A stretch of 64,000 nucleotides of DNA from Rhodospirillaceae bacterium (GTDB taxonomy: Bacteria > Pseudomonadota > Alphaproteobacteria > UBA7985). The position numbers were made by a program, and so were the translations under genes. A model generated the notes under the pieces. It had not been told where the DNA came from. It saw only the letters and a program-made list of their open reading frames with translations, and did no database searches. Each line of letters begins with the position of its first letter. The stretch's first letter is position 1. The DNA is taken from contig JAYQIC010000003.1 in assembly GCA_038141425.1 (NCBI GenBank), forward strand, positions 14,377 to 78,376, read 5' to 3'. This document shows, one piece after another, positions 39,766 through 48,793 of the stretch.

Positions 39766-40099
39766 TCAGGCCCGTGCCGCTCTGCACGACTTTTCCGGAC
39801 AGCATCGGGAAGACCTCGGCGGTCTGCTGCTCGCAACTGATGCGGTTACGGCCGGGGTTCTGGAGGCAGACGCCGGGCTGCAGGTCGCCCGCAGGCTGCA
39901 ATCGCCAGCGAGTGCTGGCGCTGGCGCAGGCGGGTTGGAGAGATGGTTGGAGCTGGCCGAGACCGGGCAGTTGGCGGCCGCGCTGGTGTTTGGTGAGCCC
40001 GAACCCGCGTTCAGACCAATTTTGCAGGCGCTCGAAGCCCGATCCATCCCGGTCCACCGCGACCCCGCGGACCTCGCCGGCGTTGTTCCCGCCGACTGA
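39746..40099 (+). CDS. methylglyoxal-synthase-like (MGS-like) domain protein, or a further C-terminal domain of the preceding gene
   Basis: (Y)VLLLAGDQARAALHDF...LLLATDAVTAGVLE..GLQV...AALVFGEP...LQALEARSIPVHRDPADLA follows the MGS-like domain pattern. A GTG start at 39746 overlaps the upstream stop by 20 nt. One more frameshift would fuse the two genes. Confidence 0.45.
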   Translation: MLLLAGDQARAALHDFSGQHREDLGGLLLATDAVTAGVLEADAGLQVARRLQSPASAGAGAGGLERWLELAETGQLAAALVFGEPEPAFRPILQALEARSIPVHRDPADLAGVVPAD

Positions 40100-40125
40100 G
40101 CGCGCCTGAGACGGACGGGGGTCGT

Positions 40126-41287
40126 TCAGCCGCTGCGCAGGTCGAGGTAGGCGTTGGCCACCCCTTCGTCGATGTCGCGCGGCACCGGCACCACGCAGTC
40201 GCTGGCATCCGCCCCCCGGTCGCAATCCGCTCCAGACACCGCGCTTGCAGCGCAAAACCGAAGTCCATGGCCTCGATCGAATTGCCAGGGGCCGCGGCCC
40301 GGCGAGGTTGGCCATATGCCCTGCCGCCGCGATGGTCAGCCGTCGCCCGTCTTTCAGCCGCAGGGTGGTCAGTGCGCCGTTCTCGAATTCGTCCCGCTGT
40401 TCGACCTCGGCCGAGCCGGTCATGCCGGCAACGTCGATCTCCGTTGGGAAATGCCCGCCGTTGAGCAGGATCGCCGCGTCCTTGATCAGGCTGAGGTGAT
40501 CGGCGGTCAGAACGTCGACAGCGCCGGTTTCGGTAACGATAATATCGGCACTGGCGATGGCCGCGTCGGTCGCCGGTGTCATAAAGCCGTCCAGATGCGC
40601 CTCCAGCCGCCGCACCGGGTCGGTCTCGCACACCGACACCTGCGCGAAGGCATGGCGGAAACACGTCGCGACCCCTTCCCCGCAGGGACCGTAGCCGAAG
40701 ACCGTGACCCGCTTGCCGTTGGTCGAGCGGTTGGTAAGCCGCATGTATGTCTCGAACATGCTCTGGCCCACGGCGTGGCGGTTCTCCCCGAACTGTTTGA
40801 TCGGGCTGTCGTTGATCACCAGGATCGGCATGCTCAGCTGCTCGCGCAGCGGTTCCAGCCGCATCCGGCCTGAGGTGGTTTCCTCCGTCCCGCCGCGCAG
40901 GCCCGGGTAAGGGGCTTCGAGATACAGCGCGAACAGGTCTCCGCCGTTGTCGAGCAGCAGGTCAGGCTGCGCTGCCAGCACCCGCCGGAGCAGGGCGGTA
41001 TGCCGGGCCGGATCGGTGGTTTGTTCGGCCTCGACCCGAACCCCGGCGGCGCGCAGATACTCGACCGAGTCAGGCTGGGTGCTGCTGAGGTTGCCCGAGG
41101 CGATGACGTCCGCCCCGCCCGCGCGCAGGGTCATGAGCAGTGCGACGGTCTTGGGTTCGAGGTGGATACCAGTGCCGATGGTGAGCCCTTCAAAGGGGCG
41201 GGTCTGGCGGAACTCGTCGCTGATCTGGCTGAGCAGGGCGCAATGATCGGCGACCCACTCAATCCGGCTTCTGTTTCTGATGCCCAC
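40126..41287 (-). CDS. adenosylhomocysteinase (AhcY)-like NAD-binding enzyme, short form; frame broken twice
   Basis: GIHLEPKTVALLMTL, DNGGDL, GGTEETTSG, VINDSPIKQFGENRHAVGQS and VFGYGPCGEG. The breaks are at about 40285 and at the C6 run 40212..40217, giving the C-terminus ..GNSIEAMDFGFALQARCLERIATGGADASDCVVPVPRDIDEGVANAYLDLRSG. The 605-aa ORF in the track is out-of-frame read-through. Confidence 0.7.
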
Positions 41288-41577
41288 GGCTCTGCCTCCG
41301 CCCCTGTCCCTGACTTTGTCCTGATGGCTGCGTCTGATCGGACGAGGCCCGTGGGCATCTTAGCGCGAAGGGCGCCCTTGGACAGCCACCACTGCCCGCA
41401 AACCCGCAACCGCTCCTTCAGGCCCATTGCTGTCGATCCTGCCTGATCCGTTAAGCGATAACCGGGTCGATCACGTGCTTTCTGCGCCCGATTGTCTGCA
41501 ATGCGGTCAACGGGCTTCATTTTTCGGACAATATCCCGCAGAACTGAATTCTGATCCCGCTCGCAGGAAAATATCCC

Positions 41578-42788
41578 ATGTCAGAAGACTTTTACCGCAT
41601 TCGACGGCTTCCGCCCTACGTTTTTGCCGAGGTGAACACCCTCAAGCAGGCGGCGCGGGCGCGGGGCGACGACATCATCGACTTCGGCATGGGAAACCCG
41701 GACCAGCCCCGGCGCCGCACATCCTCGCCAAGATGCAGGAGGCGATCCAGAACCCGCGCGCCCACCGCTACTCCACGTCGCGCGGGATCCCGGGGCTGCG
41801 CAAGGCGCTGGCGGCTTACTACCAGCGGCGCTTCAACGTCGACCTCGACCCCGAACGGGAAGTGATCGTGACGCTGGGCTCCAAGGAGGGTCTGGCCAAT
41901 CTCGCGCAGGCGATATCCTCACCCGGTGACACCATTCTGGTGCCCAATCCGTCCTACCCGATCCACGCCTTTGGCTTCATCATCGCCGGGGCGGCGCTGC
42001 GCTATCTGCCCTCGGCGCAGACGGGCGCGGCGTTCTTTGAGCAGCTCAAGCGCACGGTCGAGCACGCCGTGCCGAAGCCGATCGCCATCGTCATCAACTA
42101 CCCCTCGAACCCCACGGCGGAGGTGGTCGACCTTGACTTCTATGGGCAGATTGTCGACTTCTGCCGCCATCACGGCATCTACGTCCTTTCCGACCTTGCC
42201 TACGCCGAGGTCTATTTTGACGGCAACCCACCGCCGTCTGTGCTGGAAATCCCCGGCGCCAAGGACATCGCCGTCGAGTTCACGTCCATGTCCAAGACCT
42301 ACAACATGCCCGGCTGGCGGGTTGGTTTTGCCGCCGGCAACCCCGATCTGATCGCCGCACTGGGGCGGGTCAAATCCTACCTCGACTATGGCGCTTTCAC
42401 ACCGATCCAGGTGGCGGCGACCGCAGCACTCAACGGGCCGCAGGATTGTGTTGAGGAGATGCGGCAGCTCTACGCCGGTCGCCGGGATATCCTCGTGCAC
42501 GGGCTGCGTGCGGCGGGGTGGGACTGTCCGCTTCCGCCCGCGACCATGTTCGTGTGGGCGCCGATCCCGCCCGCCTTCCGCGATATGGGCGCCATCGGTT
42601 TCACCAAGGCGCTGCTCGCCGAGGCAGATGTTGCCGTCTCACCCGGTGTCGGGTTTGGCGAGCACGGCGAAGGCTATGTCCGGCTCGGGCTGGTGGAGAA
42701 CAGCCACCGCATCCGGCAGGCCGTGCGCAACATTCGCGGCTTTTTGCACCGCCATGGTGTGGATGGCGACCTCGCCGCTGCGAGCTGA
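41578..42788 (+). CDS. class I/II pyridoxal-phosphate aminotransferase (AlaC / LL-DAP-aminotransferase-like); frame broken once
   Basis: [42 protein letters not shown] joins ..[32 protein letters not shown] at about 41702. [13 protein letters not shown] contains the PLP lysine context. Confidence 0.85.
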
Positions 42789-42826
42789 CCCCGCCGCCCG
42801 GGCGGGGGCGGGCTGTCTCAGCTGGC

Positions 42827-43549
42827 TCAAGAAAACCGGCTGGCCAAGCCGATGATCCGCGCCAGTACACCGGGGTAGCACGCCTTGCGCCCCCGCCGTA
42901 CCGCCCGCTCAGCCGCCGCGACCACGCTCTCCGGTTCCACGGCCAGGAACCGTCGCCCTAAGCGCGAGTTGAGTAGCGGTGGGCCGTCCACGGCCTGATC
43001 GAGCAGGGGGGTTTTGACCGCCGGCGGGTAGACCAGCGTCATCCGCACCTTCGACCGGTTCTCGGCGATCAGCAGTCCCGCGTAGAAATTGTTCGCCGCC
43101 TTGGAGGCGCCGTAAGCACCGAAGCGCTGCATTGGCATGAGCCCGGCTGTAGAGCCATAGAGAATGACCTCGCCCTCGTCGCGCGCCACCATCGCCGGGA
43201 TCACGGTCTGGCAGACGTTGACCATGCCGACGTAGTTGATCTCCATGATCCGGCTGATCTGCTCCGCCGAATGATCGAGCAGACGCCCGCCGGGCATAAT
43301 CGCCGCACAGTTGATCAGGCGGTCGATGGGCCCGTGGGCCGCAATCACCCTTGAGACGGTCTCCCGCACCCGGGCAAGGTCGGTGACATCGCAGGCGAAC
43401 GGGTGGATGCCGGGCGACAGACTGGCGGTTTCGCGCAGCCCGGCTTCGTTAACGTCCAGAATAGCGACCGCGTAGCCCTCATCCGCCAGCCGCTGGGCGT
43501 GGACCCGGCCCATTCCGCTGGCGCCGCCCGTGATCAATGCCGTTTTCAC
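42827..43549 (-). CDS. SDR family oxidoreductase
   Basis: TGGASGMG cofactor motif and the YGASKAA catalytic motif. Confidence 0.85.
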   Translation of the reverse strand: MKTALITGGASGMGRVHAQRLADEGYAVAILDVNEAGLRETASLSPGIHPFACDVTDLARVRETVSRVIAAHGPIDRLINCAAIMPGGRLLDHSAEQISRIMEINYVGMVNVCQTVIPAMVARDEGEVILYGSTAGLMPMQRFGAYGASKAANNFYAGLLIAENRSKVRMTLVYPPAVKTPLLDQAVDGPPLLNSRLGRRFLAVEPESVVAAAERAVRRGRKACYPGVLARIIGLASRFS

Positions 43550-43719
43550 CGCGCCTCGCTCCCATGCTCTTTCCCGGGAGCCTACGCAGGCACAGCGGCG
43601 ATTTCAAACCTGTTCGTGCCGGGGGCGGCTTCAACTGTCCTGCGTGGCGATGGCTGACCGAGCACGACAAAACAGCGATCAACCAACCAATGCGCACAGA
43701 CGGGGAATTTGATTTATTG

Positions 43720-43735
43720 AGAGATAAATATCTCT
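43720..43735. promoter_or_regulatory. 16-bp perfect palindrome AGAGATAaaTATCTCT in the divergent SDR/cupin intergenic region
   Basis: The arms are at 43720..43726 and 43729..43735. The palindrome is embedded in the only AT-rich patch of this spacer, about 85 bp upstream of ATG 43821. Confidence 0.25.
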
Positions 43736-43820
43736 AATGGCTCAATTAAAATTGAAGGGTTAATGCCATTGTGTATCGTGACTGGCGTAATGAATAAGCG
43801 CAGTATCAAGGAGACACGAG

Positions 43821-44177
43821 ATGGCGAGCGTTGAAGCAAAGAACTTTTCGTCCGACGCCGACGAAGTGATGACCCCGAACAACGCGCGGGTCGAAACCGT
43901 CAATGTCATGGGGCAGCGGGTCATGCGGCTTACGGTGCAGCCGGGCTGGCAGTGGTCCAAGGACATCAAGCCGCTGGTCGGCACCGAGTCCTGTCAGGCC
44001 AAGCACGTCGGTGTGATCATCGAAGGCACCATCAAGTGCGTGCACGATGACGGCAGCGAAATCACATACTCAGCAGGTGATGCCTACGCAATCGAGCCGG
44101 GCCACGATGCTTGGGTGGTGGGTGACTCGCAGGCGGTGGCCTTTGAATTCCACGGCGCCTGGGGCGAGAGCCACTAA
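43821..44177 (+). CDS. cupin domain protein
   Basis: 118 aa with an AAGGAG RBS. It has beta-rich cupin-2-like segments (GVIIEGTIKCVHDDGSEITYSAGDAYAIEPGHDAWV). Confidence 0.7.
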   Translation: MASVEAKNFSSDADEVMTPNNARVETVNVMGQRVMRLTVQPGWQWSKDIKPLVGTESCQAKHVGVIIEGTIKCVHDDGSEITYSAGDAYAIEPGHDAWVVGDSQAVAFEFHGAWGESH

Positions 44178-44242
44178 AGCCCTCCCTTACGCCATCTGAG
44201 GGCGGGTCCCGACGGGCCCGCGCCTCTGAACCCGTGGAGCGA

Positions 44243-45143
44243 CTAGCGCTGGGCGGAGATGAACAGCCCGACAGCGACGGCGGCGTAACTGATCCCATGC
44301 GCCATGGTCAGCGCCTCACCGAGGAATGACAGCCCCAGAACGCTGGCCACCACCGGGGTCAGGTAGCCGTTGCGCGTGGTGAAGGTTGCGCCTTCCCGCT
44401 GCACCAGCAGGCCGCGCAGGGCCTGCCCCGCACCGGTCGTGATCAGCCCCGCCATCACCGCACCGCCGAGCGGAATCCAGCCCGGAAAGGCCGTGGGGGC
44501 GTTGAACATGAACAGCGGCAGCGCCAGCAAGCAGCCCGCCATCAGCGAATAACCCTGATACTGCACAGGGCGGAAATCGCGGATCGTCGACATGTGGACG
44601 ACCCCGGCGGCCAGCGCCACCGAACTGAGGATGCTGACCGCGTGAGGCAGCAGAATGAACCACGACGGGCGGCCCGCGTCGACCGGCGTCGGCGCCGCGC
44701 CGATCTGGCTGAGCGCGAGGTAGGAGATCCCGACGGAGCCGACGAGGAAACCGATCCACTTACTGGCGCTGATATGACGGCCCAGCAGGACGCGCGACAG
44801 CACCAGCACGAAAATCGGCACGGTGGAGTAGTAGATCGCCACCATCGACGTCGGGATGAAATTCAGAATCCACGGCAGCGACAGAAACGGGAAACCGATG
44901 AACAGCACGCCGTTGAGCAGGACGGGAACGCGGCTTTCCCGCGGCAGGCTGAACCGGTGCTGGGTCAGGCTCATGAGGACCAGCAGCGACAGCGCCGCGA
45001 CCGATGATCCGCAAGGCCCCAGCCGACAGGTTCGAAAAACCGTCCAGAGAAATCTTGATGAAGAAGAAACCGGCACCGTAGCAGGTCGACAGCAACAGCA
45101 GCATGAGAATGGAGATCGTCAGGCGTCGCGTGCTTTGGCGCAT
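44243..45143 (-). CDS. EamA/DMT family transporter; frame broken once
   Basis: MRQSTRRLTISILMLLLLSTCYGAGFFFIKISLDGFSNLSAGALRII joins VAALSLLVLMSL... at about 44993. About 10 TM segments. Confidence 0.7.
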
Positions 45144-45416
45144 GGAGCGGTCTTCCTTCAAGGCTTCTGACCCAAGGCCGGTCAGGGGCAAGTCTGTGAC
45201 GTTAGCACCGGTTCCGCCCGCAAGACCATGGAAACCGTTCGGCGTTTACACAGCGCCGGACCGCTGCTGCCGGATCTCGCCCAGATGGCCTCGATGGGTG
45301 CCGGTGCGGGAGAGAGGCAAAACGTTACAAAGCGACACTTACCGTTTCTGATCGAGAAGTTCGTTTCCACTAGTGTCCCGACATCGACAAAGAAATGACC
45401 TAAGGAACCAACACCG

Positions 45417-45782
45417 ATGAAAACCGCTATCGCTCTGTTCGCCGCTGCTCTGTCTGTTGCAGCCCTCTCCACCAACGCCTCTGCTCAGCAACGCATGGCG
45501 AGCAACCTTGGAACCACTTTCCCATCGGTTGTGACTGAAAAGGGTTCAAATGTCCTGCAACAGGCAGGCGCTTCCATGAACACTGGTAACCGTAGCAGCG
45601 TTTCAGTTGCACCAATCCCAAGCCCAAATCCTCGCGTGAAGGTTCCTGCACCTGATAAGCATGATGCTACTCAGACTCAGACTCCATTTCAGACCACAGC
45701 CTTCCCAACAGAAGAATGGATGCCTTCGGCAAAACCTGCCGCCAAACACATCCTTCGGCAGCCGCAGTGGTGGTGGCATTAA
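45417..45782 (+). CDS. hypothetical small secreted protein (Ser/Thr/Pro/Gln-rich)
   Basis: AAGGAA RBS and signal peptide MKTAIALFAAALSVAALSTNASA. The local GC is lower than the flanks, and the protein ends ..RQPQWWWH. Confidence 0.45.
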   Translation: MKTAIALFAAALSVAALSTNASAQQRMASNLGTTFPSVVTEKGSNVLQQAGASMNTGNRSSVSVAPIPSPNPRVKVPAPDKHDATQTQTPFQTTAFPTEEWMPSAKPAAKHILRQPQWWWH

Positions 45783-45822
45783 GCTCGTTTCTCAGTCGGC
45801 CGGTATCGCGGTTGAAAAGGCC

Positions 45823-46308
45823 ATGAACTCTGGTTCCAGCGATGAGAATATCGCGGCGGCAGCCTGCACAACGCCCGTGAACAACGCCTTAATCGCTGTC
45901 GTGATCATTGCCGCGGTGGACGCCGATAACTGCCCGAAGCCCCAGGCGGCGACGGCGATTGAGTACGGCCTGATTGCGGCACTGGTCGGCGGTGGCCCGG
46001 ATGCGACCGACACCACCACCACCGGTGAGGCGGAGCCTGAGGCAGCGACGGCCATCGAGTACGGTCTGATCGCGGCGCTGATCGGCGGCGGGCCGGATGC
46101 GACCGACACCACCACCACCGGTGAGGCGGAGCCTGAGGCAGCGACGGCCATTGAGTACGGCCTGATCGCCGCTCTGACCAGCAATGGTCCGGACGTTACC
46201 GACACCGTCTATGCGATGCTCATCCTTCCCGCAGACACTCATCCCCAATTCCCCGATCTTGCAGGGGCTGCTCCACCACGCGGCCCCTGTTTTCATTTTC
46301 GATCCTGA
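45823..46308 (+). CDS. ORF carrying three tandem Flp-pilin boxes (ATAIEYGLIAAL) separated by acidic Thr-rich linkers
   Basis: ATG 45823 lies within ORF 45661..46308. The protein reads MNSGSSDEN..ALIAVVIIAAVDADNCPKPQ-[AATAIEYGLIAALVGGGPDATDTTTTGEAEPE]-[AATAIEYGLIAALIGGGPDATDTTTTGEAEPE]-[AATAIEYGLIAALTSNGPDVTDT...]. Differences between copies are almost all synonymous in this frame. Confidence 0.5.
   Translation: MNSGSSDENIAAAACTTPVNNALIAVVIIAAVDADNCPKPQAATAIEYGLIAALVGGGPDATDTTTTGEAEPEAATAIEYGLIAALIGGGPDATDTTTTGEAEPEAATAIEYGLIAALTSNGPDVTDTVYAMLILPADTHPQFPDLAGAAPPRGPCFHFRS
45946..46206 (+). repeat. 96-bp tandem repeat, about 2.7 copies, coding
   Basis: The units start at 45946, 46042 and 46138. 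The last 42 nt of units 1 and 2 are identical. The first 54 nt differ at 9 positions. Confidence 0.85.
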
Positions 46309-46477
46309 AAACACGGCCTTCACAAATTTTGAGCAAAGGCACTGTGCGCCGCACAAAGAATCTTCATCGCTCCGGAATCGGCGTTGCCGCCGGCTCGGTT
46401 CAAGGCACCTTCGGCAGCGTTCGTGCAGAAGTATCGTCACCGCGCATTACCCCCTCGCAGCGTTCTAGCCACAGGGG

Positions 46478-47218
46478 GTGACGCCTCAGGGTTCGCCCCG
46501 GCTTTCTGCCACTGTCGTGTTGATCAGAAGGGCGAAGGCTTTGGAGTTCCGCTTTTTCGAAATCTATCGGAATACAGAGTATCTGCTGTTGCTCGCCAAG
46601 GGCGCGCTGCTCAGCGGCGGCATCACGGTCCTCGCCGCCACCTTCGGCCTCATCATAGCTTTCGCCATCGCCGGGGTCCGGTTTGCGCGGGTGCCGGTCC
46701 TGACCCAGCTGACGGCCGCCTATGTCGAGTTCATCCGCAACACGCCGCTGATCGTGCAGCTGTTCTTCATCGCCTTCGGCCTGCCGCTGCTGCTGGGCTA
46801 CGAGTGGCCATTCTGGGCGCACGCGCTGCTCTCGCTCAGCATCAATTTTTCAGGCTATTTCGCCGAAATCCTGCGCGCGGGACTGGAGAACGCGGACTCA
46901 GGCCAGCGTGAGGCCGCCCGGGCGCTGGGGCTGCGCCCCCGACCGATCTTCTTCCTCGTCATCACCCCCGTTGCCATCGCAACTATGTTTGCGAGCCTGA
47001 ACAGCCAGTTCATCTTCCTGTTCCTGACCACTGGCATCATCTCCGAAATCGGGGTCGCCGACCTGACCCAGGCAGGGCTGTATATCGACAGCCGTACCTT
47101 CCGCACCTTCGAAGTCTTTCTGGTCCTGACCGCGATCTACATCGGCATTTCCATGCTGTTCAAAGCCGTGCTGGCGCTGGTCGAGCGGCGCCTGTTTCCG
47201 TGGAAGTTCGTGCGATGA
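46478..47218 (+). CDS. polar amino-acid ABC transporter permease (His/Glu/Gln/Arg/opine family)
   Basis: EFIRNTPLIVQLFFIAFGLP and the EAARALGL EAA loop. The true start is probably internal (for example TTG 46541, after GAAGG). Confidence 0.8.
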   Translation: MTPQGSPRLSATVVLIRRAKALEFRFFEIYRNTEYLLLLAKGALLSGGITVLAATFGLIIAFAIAGVRFARVPVLTQLTAAYVEFIRNTPLIVQLFFIAFGLPLLLGYEWPFWAHALLSLSINFSGYFAEILRAGLENADSGQREAARALGLRPRPIFFLVITPVAIATMFASLNSQFIFLFLTTGIISEIGVADLTQAGLYIDSRTFRTFEVFLVLTAIYIGISMLFKAVLALVERRLFPWKFVR

Positions 47219-47916
47219 AGGAGCTGCTGGTATCCCTGCTCGGAAAGCCCGAGGGCATCGTTCTGTTCCAGCTGATCATGGCGGCGCGGTTCACGGTGCT
47301 GCTGTCTCTGCTGGCCTTTATCGGTGGTGGTCTGGTTGGGGCGATCGTCTGCGCCTTCAGGGTATCGCCTTCTTCGGTGCTGCAGCGCGTTGGCGGGGCC
47401 TACGTCTGGCTGTTCCAGTCGACACCGCTGCTGATGCTGCTGTTCATCATCGGGCTGGGCCTGCCCAAGTTCACCGGGATGGAGGTCAATCCATGGACCG
47501 CCGCCGGGTTCGCCCTGACGCTCTACGCCAGCGCCTATCTCGCCGAAGTCTGGCGCGGGGCCATCGCCTCGATCCCGGCCGGGCAGTGGGAGGCCGGGCG
47601 TGCGCTGGGCCTGAATTTCTTCCGCACGCTGGGGCTGATCATCGTGCCGCAAGCCGTGCGCGGCACGCTGGCGCCCACCGTCGGCTTCATGGTGCAGATT
47701 ATCAAGGGCACATCGCTGGCCTACATCATCGGCTTCCACGACCTGATGAGTGTCGGCAAGCGCTGGGCGAATGCGTCCGTTCCCGGTACTGAGGCCTTCC
47801 TGATCTATCCGCTGCTCGCGCTGTTCTACTTCGCGCTGTGCTTCCCGCTTTCAACCTATTCACGCTGGCTCGAGAGCCGGCTTGGATCAGCAGCCCGATC
47901 TCCGACGGCTGCCTGA
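47215..47916 (+). CDS. polar amino-acid ABC transporter permease
   Basis: WLFQSTPLLMLLFIIGLGLP and the WEAGRALGL EAA loop. There is an ATGA overlap with the upstream permease. Confidence 0.85.
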   Translation: MKELLVSLLGKPEGIVLFQLIMAARFTVLLSLLAFIGGGLVGAIVCAFRVSPSSVLQRVGGAYVWLFQSTPLLMLLFIIGLGLPKFTGMEVNPWTAAGFALTLYASAYLAEVWRGAIASIPAGQWEAGRALGLNFFRTLGLIIVPQAVRGTLAPTVGFMVQIIKGTSLAYIIGFHDLMSVGKRWANASVPGTEAFLIYPLLALFYFALCFPLSTYSRWLESRLGSAARSPTAA

Positions 47917-47949
47917 CAACTCCCCACCAAGAAATGAGGTAACTGAGCA

Positions 47950-48732
47950 ATGAAATCCCTGAAAATCTGGCTTTCCGGCCTTGCCCTTTCCGCCAGCGTT
48001 GCGACCGTGGCACAGGCTGAACTGAGCGACATCCTGAGCTCGGGCACGGTCAAGATCGCCGTTCCGGAAAACTTTCCACCCTTTGGTGCGCTGGGCATCG
48101 AAGGTGAATATGAAGGCTACGACGTCGACGTTGCTAAGCTGATCGCTGCTGACCTTGGCGTCGAGCTGGAGCTGGTGCCCGTCACCTCGAAGCAGCGCAT
48201 TCCTTTCCTCGAAACCGACAAGGTTGACCTCGTGATCGCGACCATGGGTGCCAACCCGGGCCGGGCCAAGTCGATCTGGTTCTCTTCGGCCTACGCGCCG
48301 TTCTTCTCCGGGGCCTTCGCTGCCAGCACGCTGGACATCAGCGGTCCGGCTGATCTCGCCGGCCTGAAGGTCGGTCTGACCGGCGGTACGCTGGAAGATC
48401 TGGAGTTGACCGAAAGCGCGCCTGCGGGCACGGAGATCATTCGCTTCGGCGACAACGCGGCGACCCGCGCAGCCTTCCTCTCCGGCCAGGTCGATGTCCT
48501 TGTGACCGGTAACACCGTGGCGGCGGGCCTGTCGGAAGAAAACCCCGACCTCGACATCGCCACCAAGTTCATCATCAAGGAATCCCCGGCCTTCATCGGC
48601 GTGAAGAAGGGCAACATGGACCTGCTGCAGTGGGTGAACGTGTTCATCCTGCACAAGAAGCTTGGCGGAGACCTTAACGAGCTTTCCGAAAAGTGGCTGG
48701 GCCAGCCGCTGCCACCACTGCCAACCATGTAA
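47950..48732 (+). CDS. amino-acid ABC transporter substrate-binding protein (family 3)
   Basis: Signal peptide, then GTVKIAVPENFPPFG..GYDVDVAKLIAADLG, typical of family 3 SBPs. Confidence 0.85.
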   Translation: MKSLKIWLSGLALSASVATVAQAELSDILSSGTVKIAVPENFPPFGALGIEGEYEGYDVDVAKLIAADLGVELELVPVTSKQRIPFLETDKVDLVIATMGANPGRAKSIWFSSAYAPFFSGAFAASTLDISGPADLAGLKVGLTGGTLEDLELTESAPAGTEIIRFGDNAATRAAFLSGQVDVLVTGNTVAAGLSEENPDLDIATKFIIKESPAFIGVKKGNMDLLQWVNVFILHKKLGGDLNELSEKWLGQPLPPLPTM

Positions 48733-48793
48733 GCGTGGCGCATGGGGTGGGGGCGCACAGGCTGCGGCCCCTCCCTCGTCTTGCTTTGTATGA

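Noticed and set aside
39470-40125. The C-terminal 200 aa of the 605-aa ORF 39470..41287
   Set aside because: This is out-of-frame read-through after a frameshift in the AhcY-like gene. It is R/G/P-rich and overlaps the opposite-strand cNMP/MGS-like coding region. The frame-corrected gene ends at 40126.
41288-41430. Possible SAH riboswitch in the leader of the AhcY-like gene
   Set aside because: Only a partial resemblance (GGAGCGGUUGCG...) to the consensus as I remember it. I could not find the pairing partner or the conserved 3' element, so this is not supportable by eye.
45946-46206. CRISPR array
   Set aside because: The 96-bp units are contiguous with no unique spacers. They lie within an ORF and show codon-level constraint. 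This is a coding tandem repeat, not CRISPR.
45792-46440. Minus-strand ORFs across the Flp-box repeat (137 aa and 183 aa)
   Set aside because: The substitution pattern between repeat copies is synonymous only in the plus-strand frame. The antisense translations are low-complexity.
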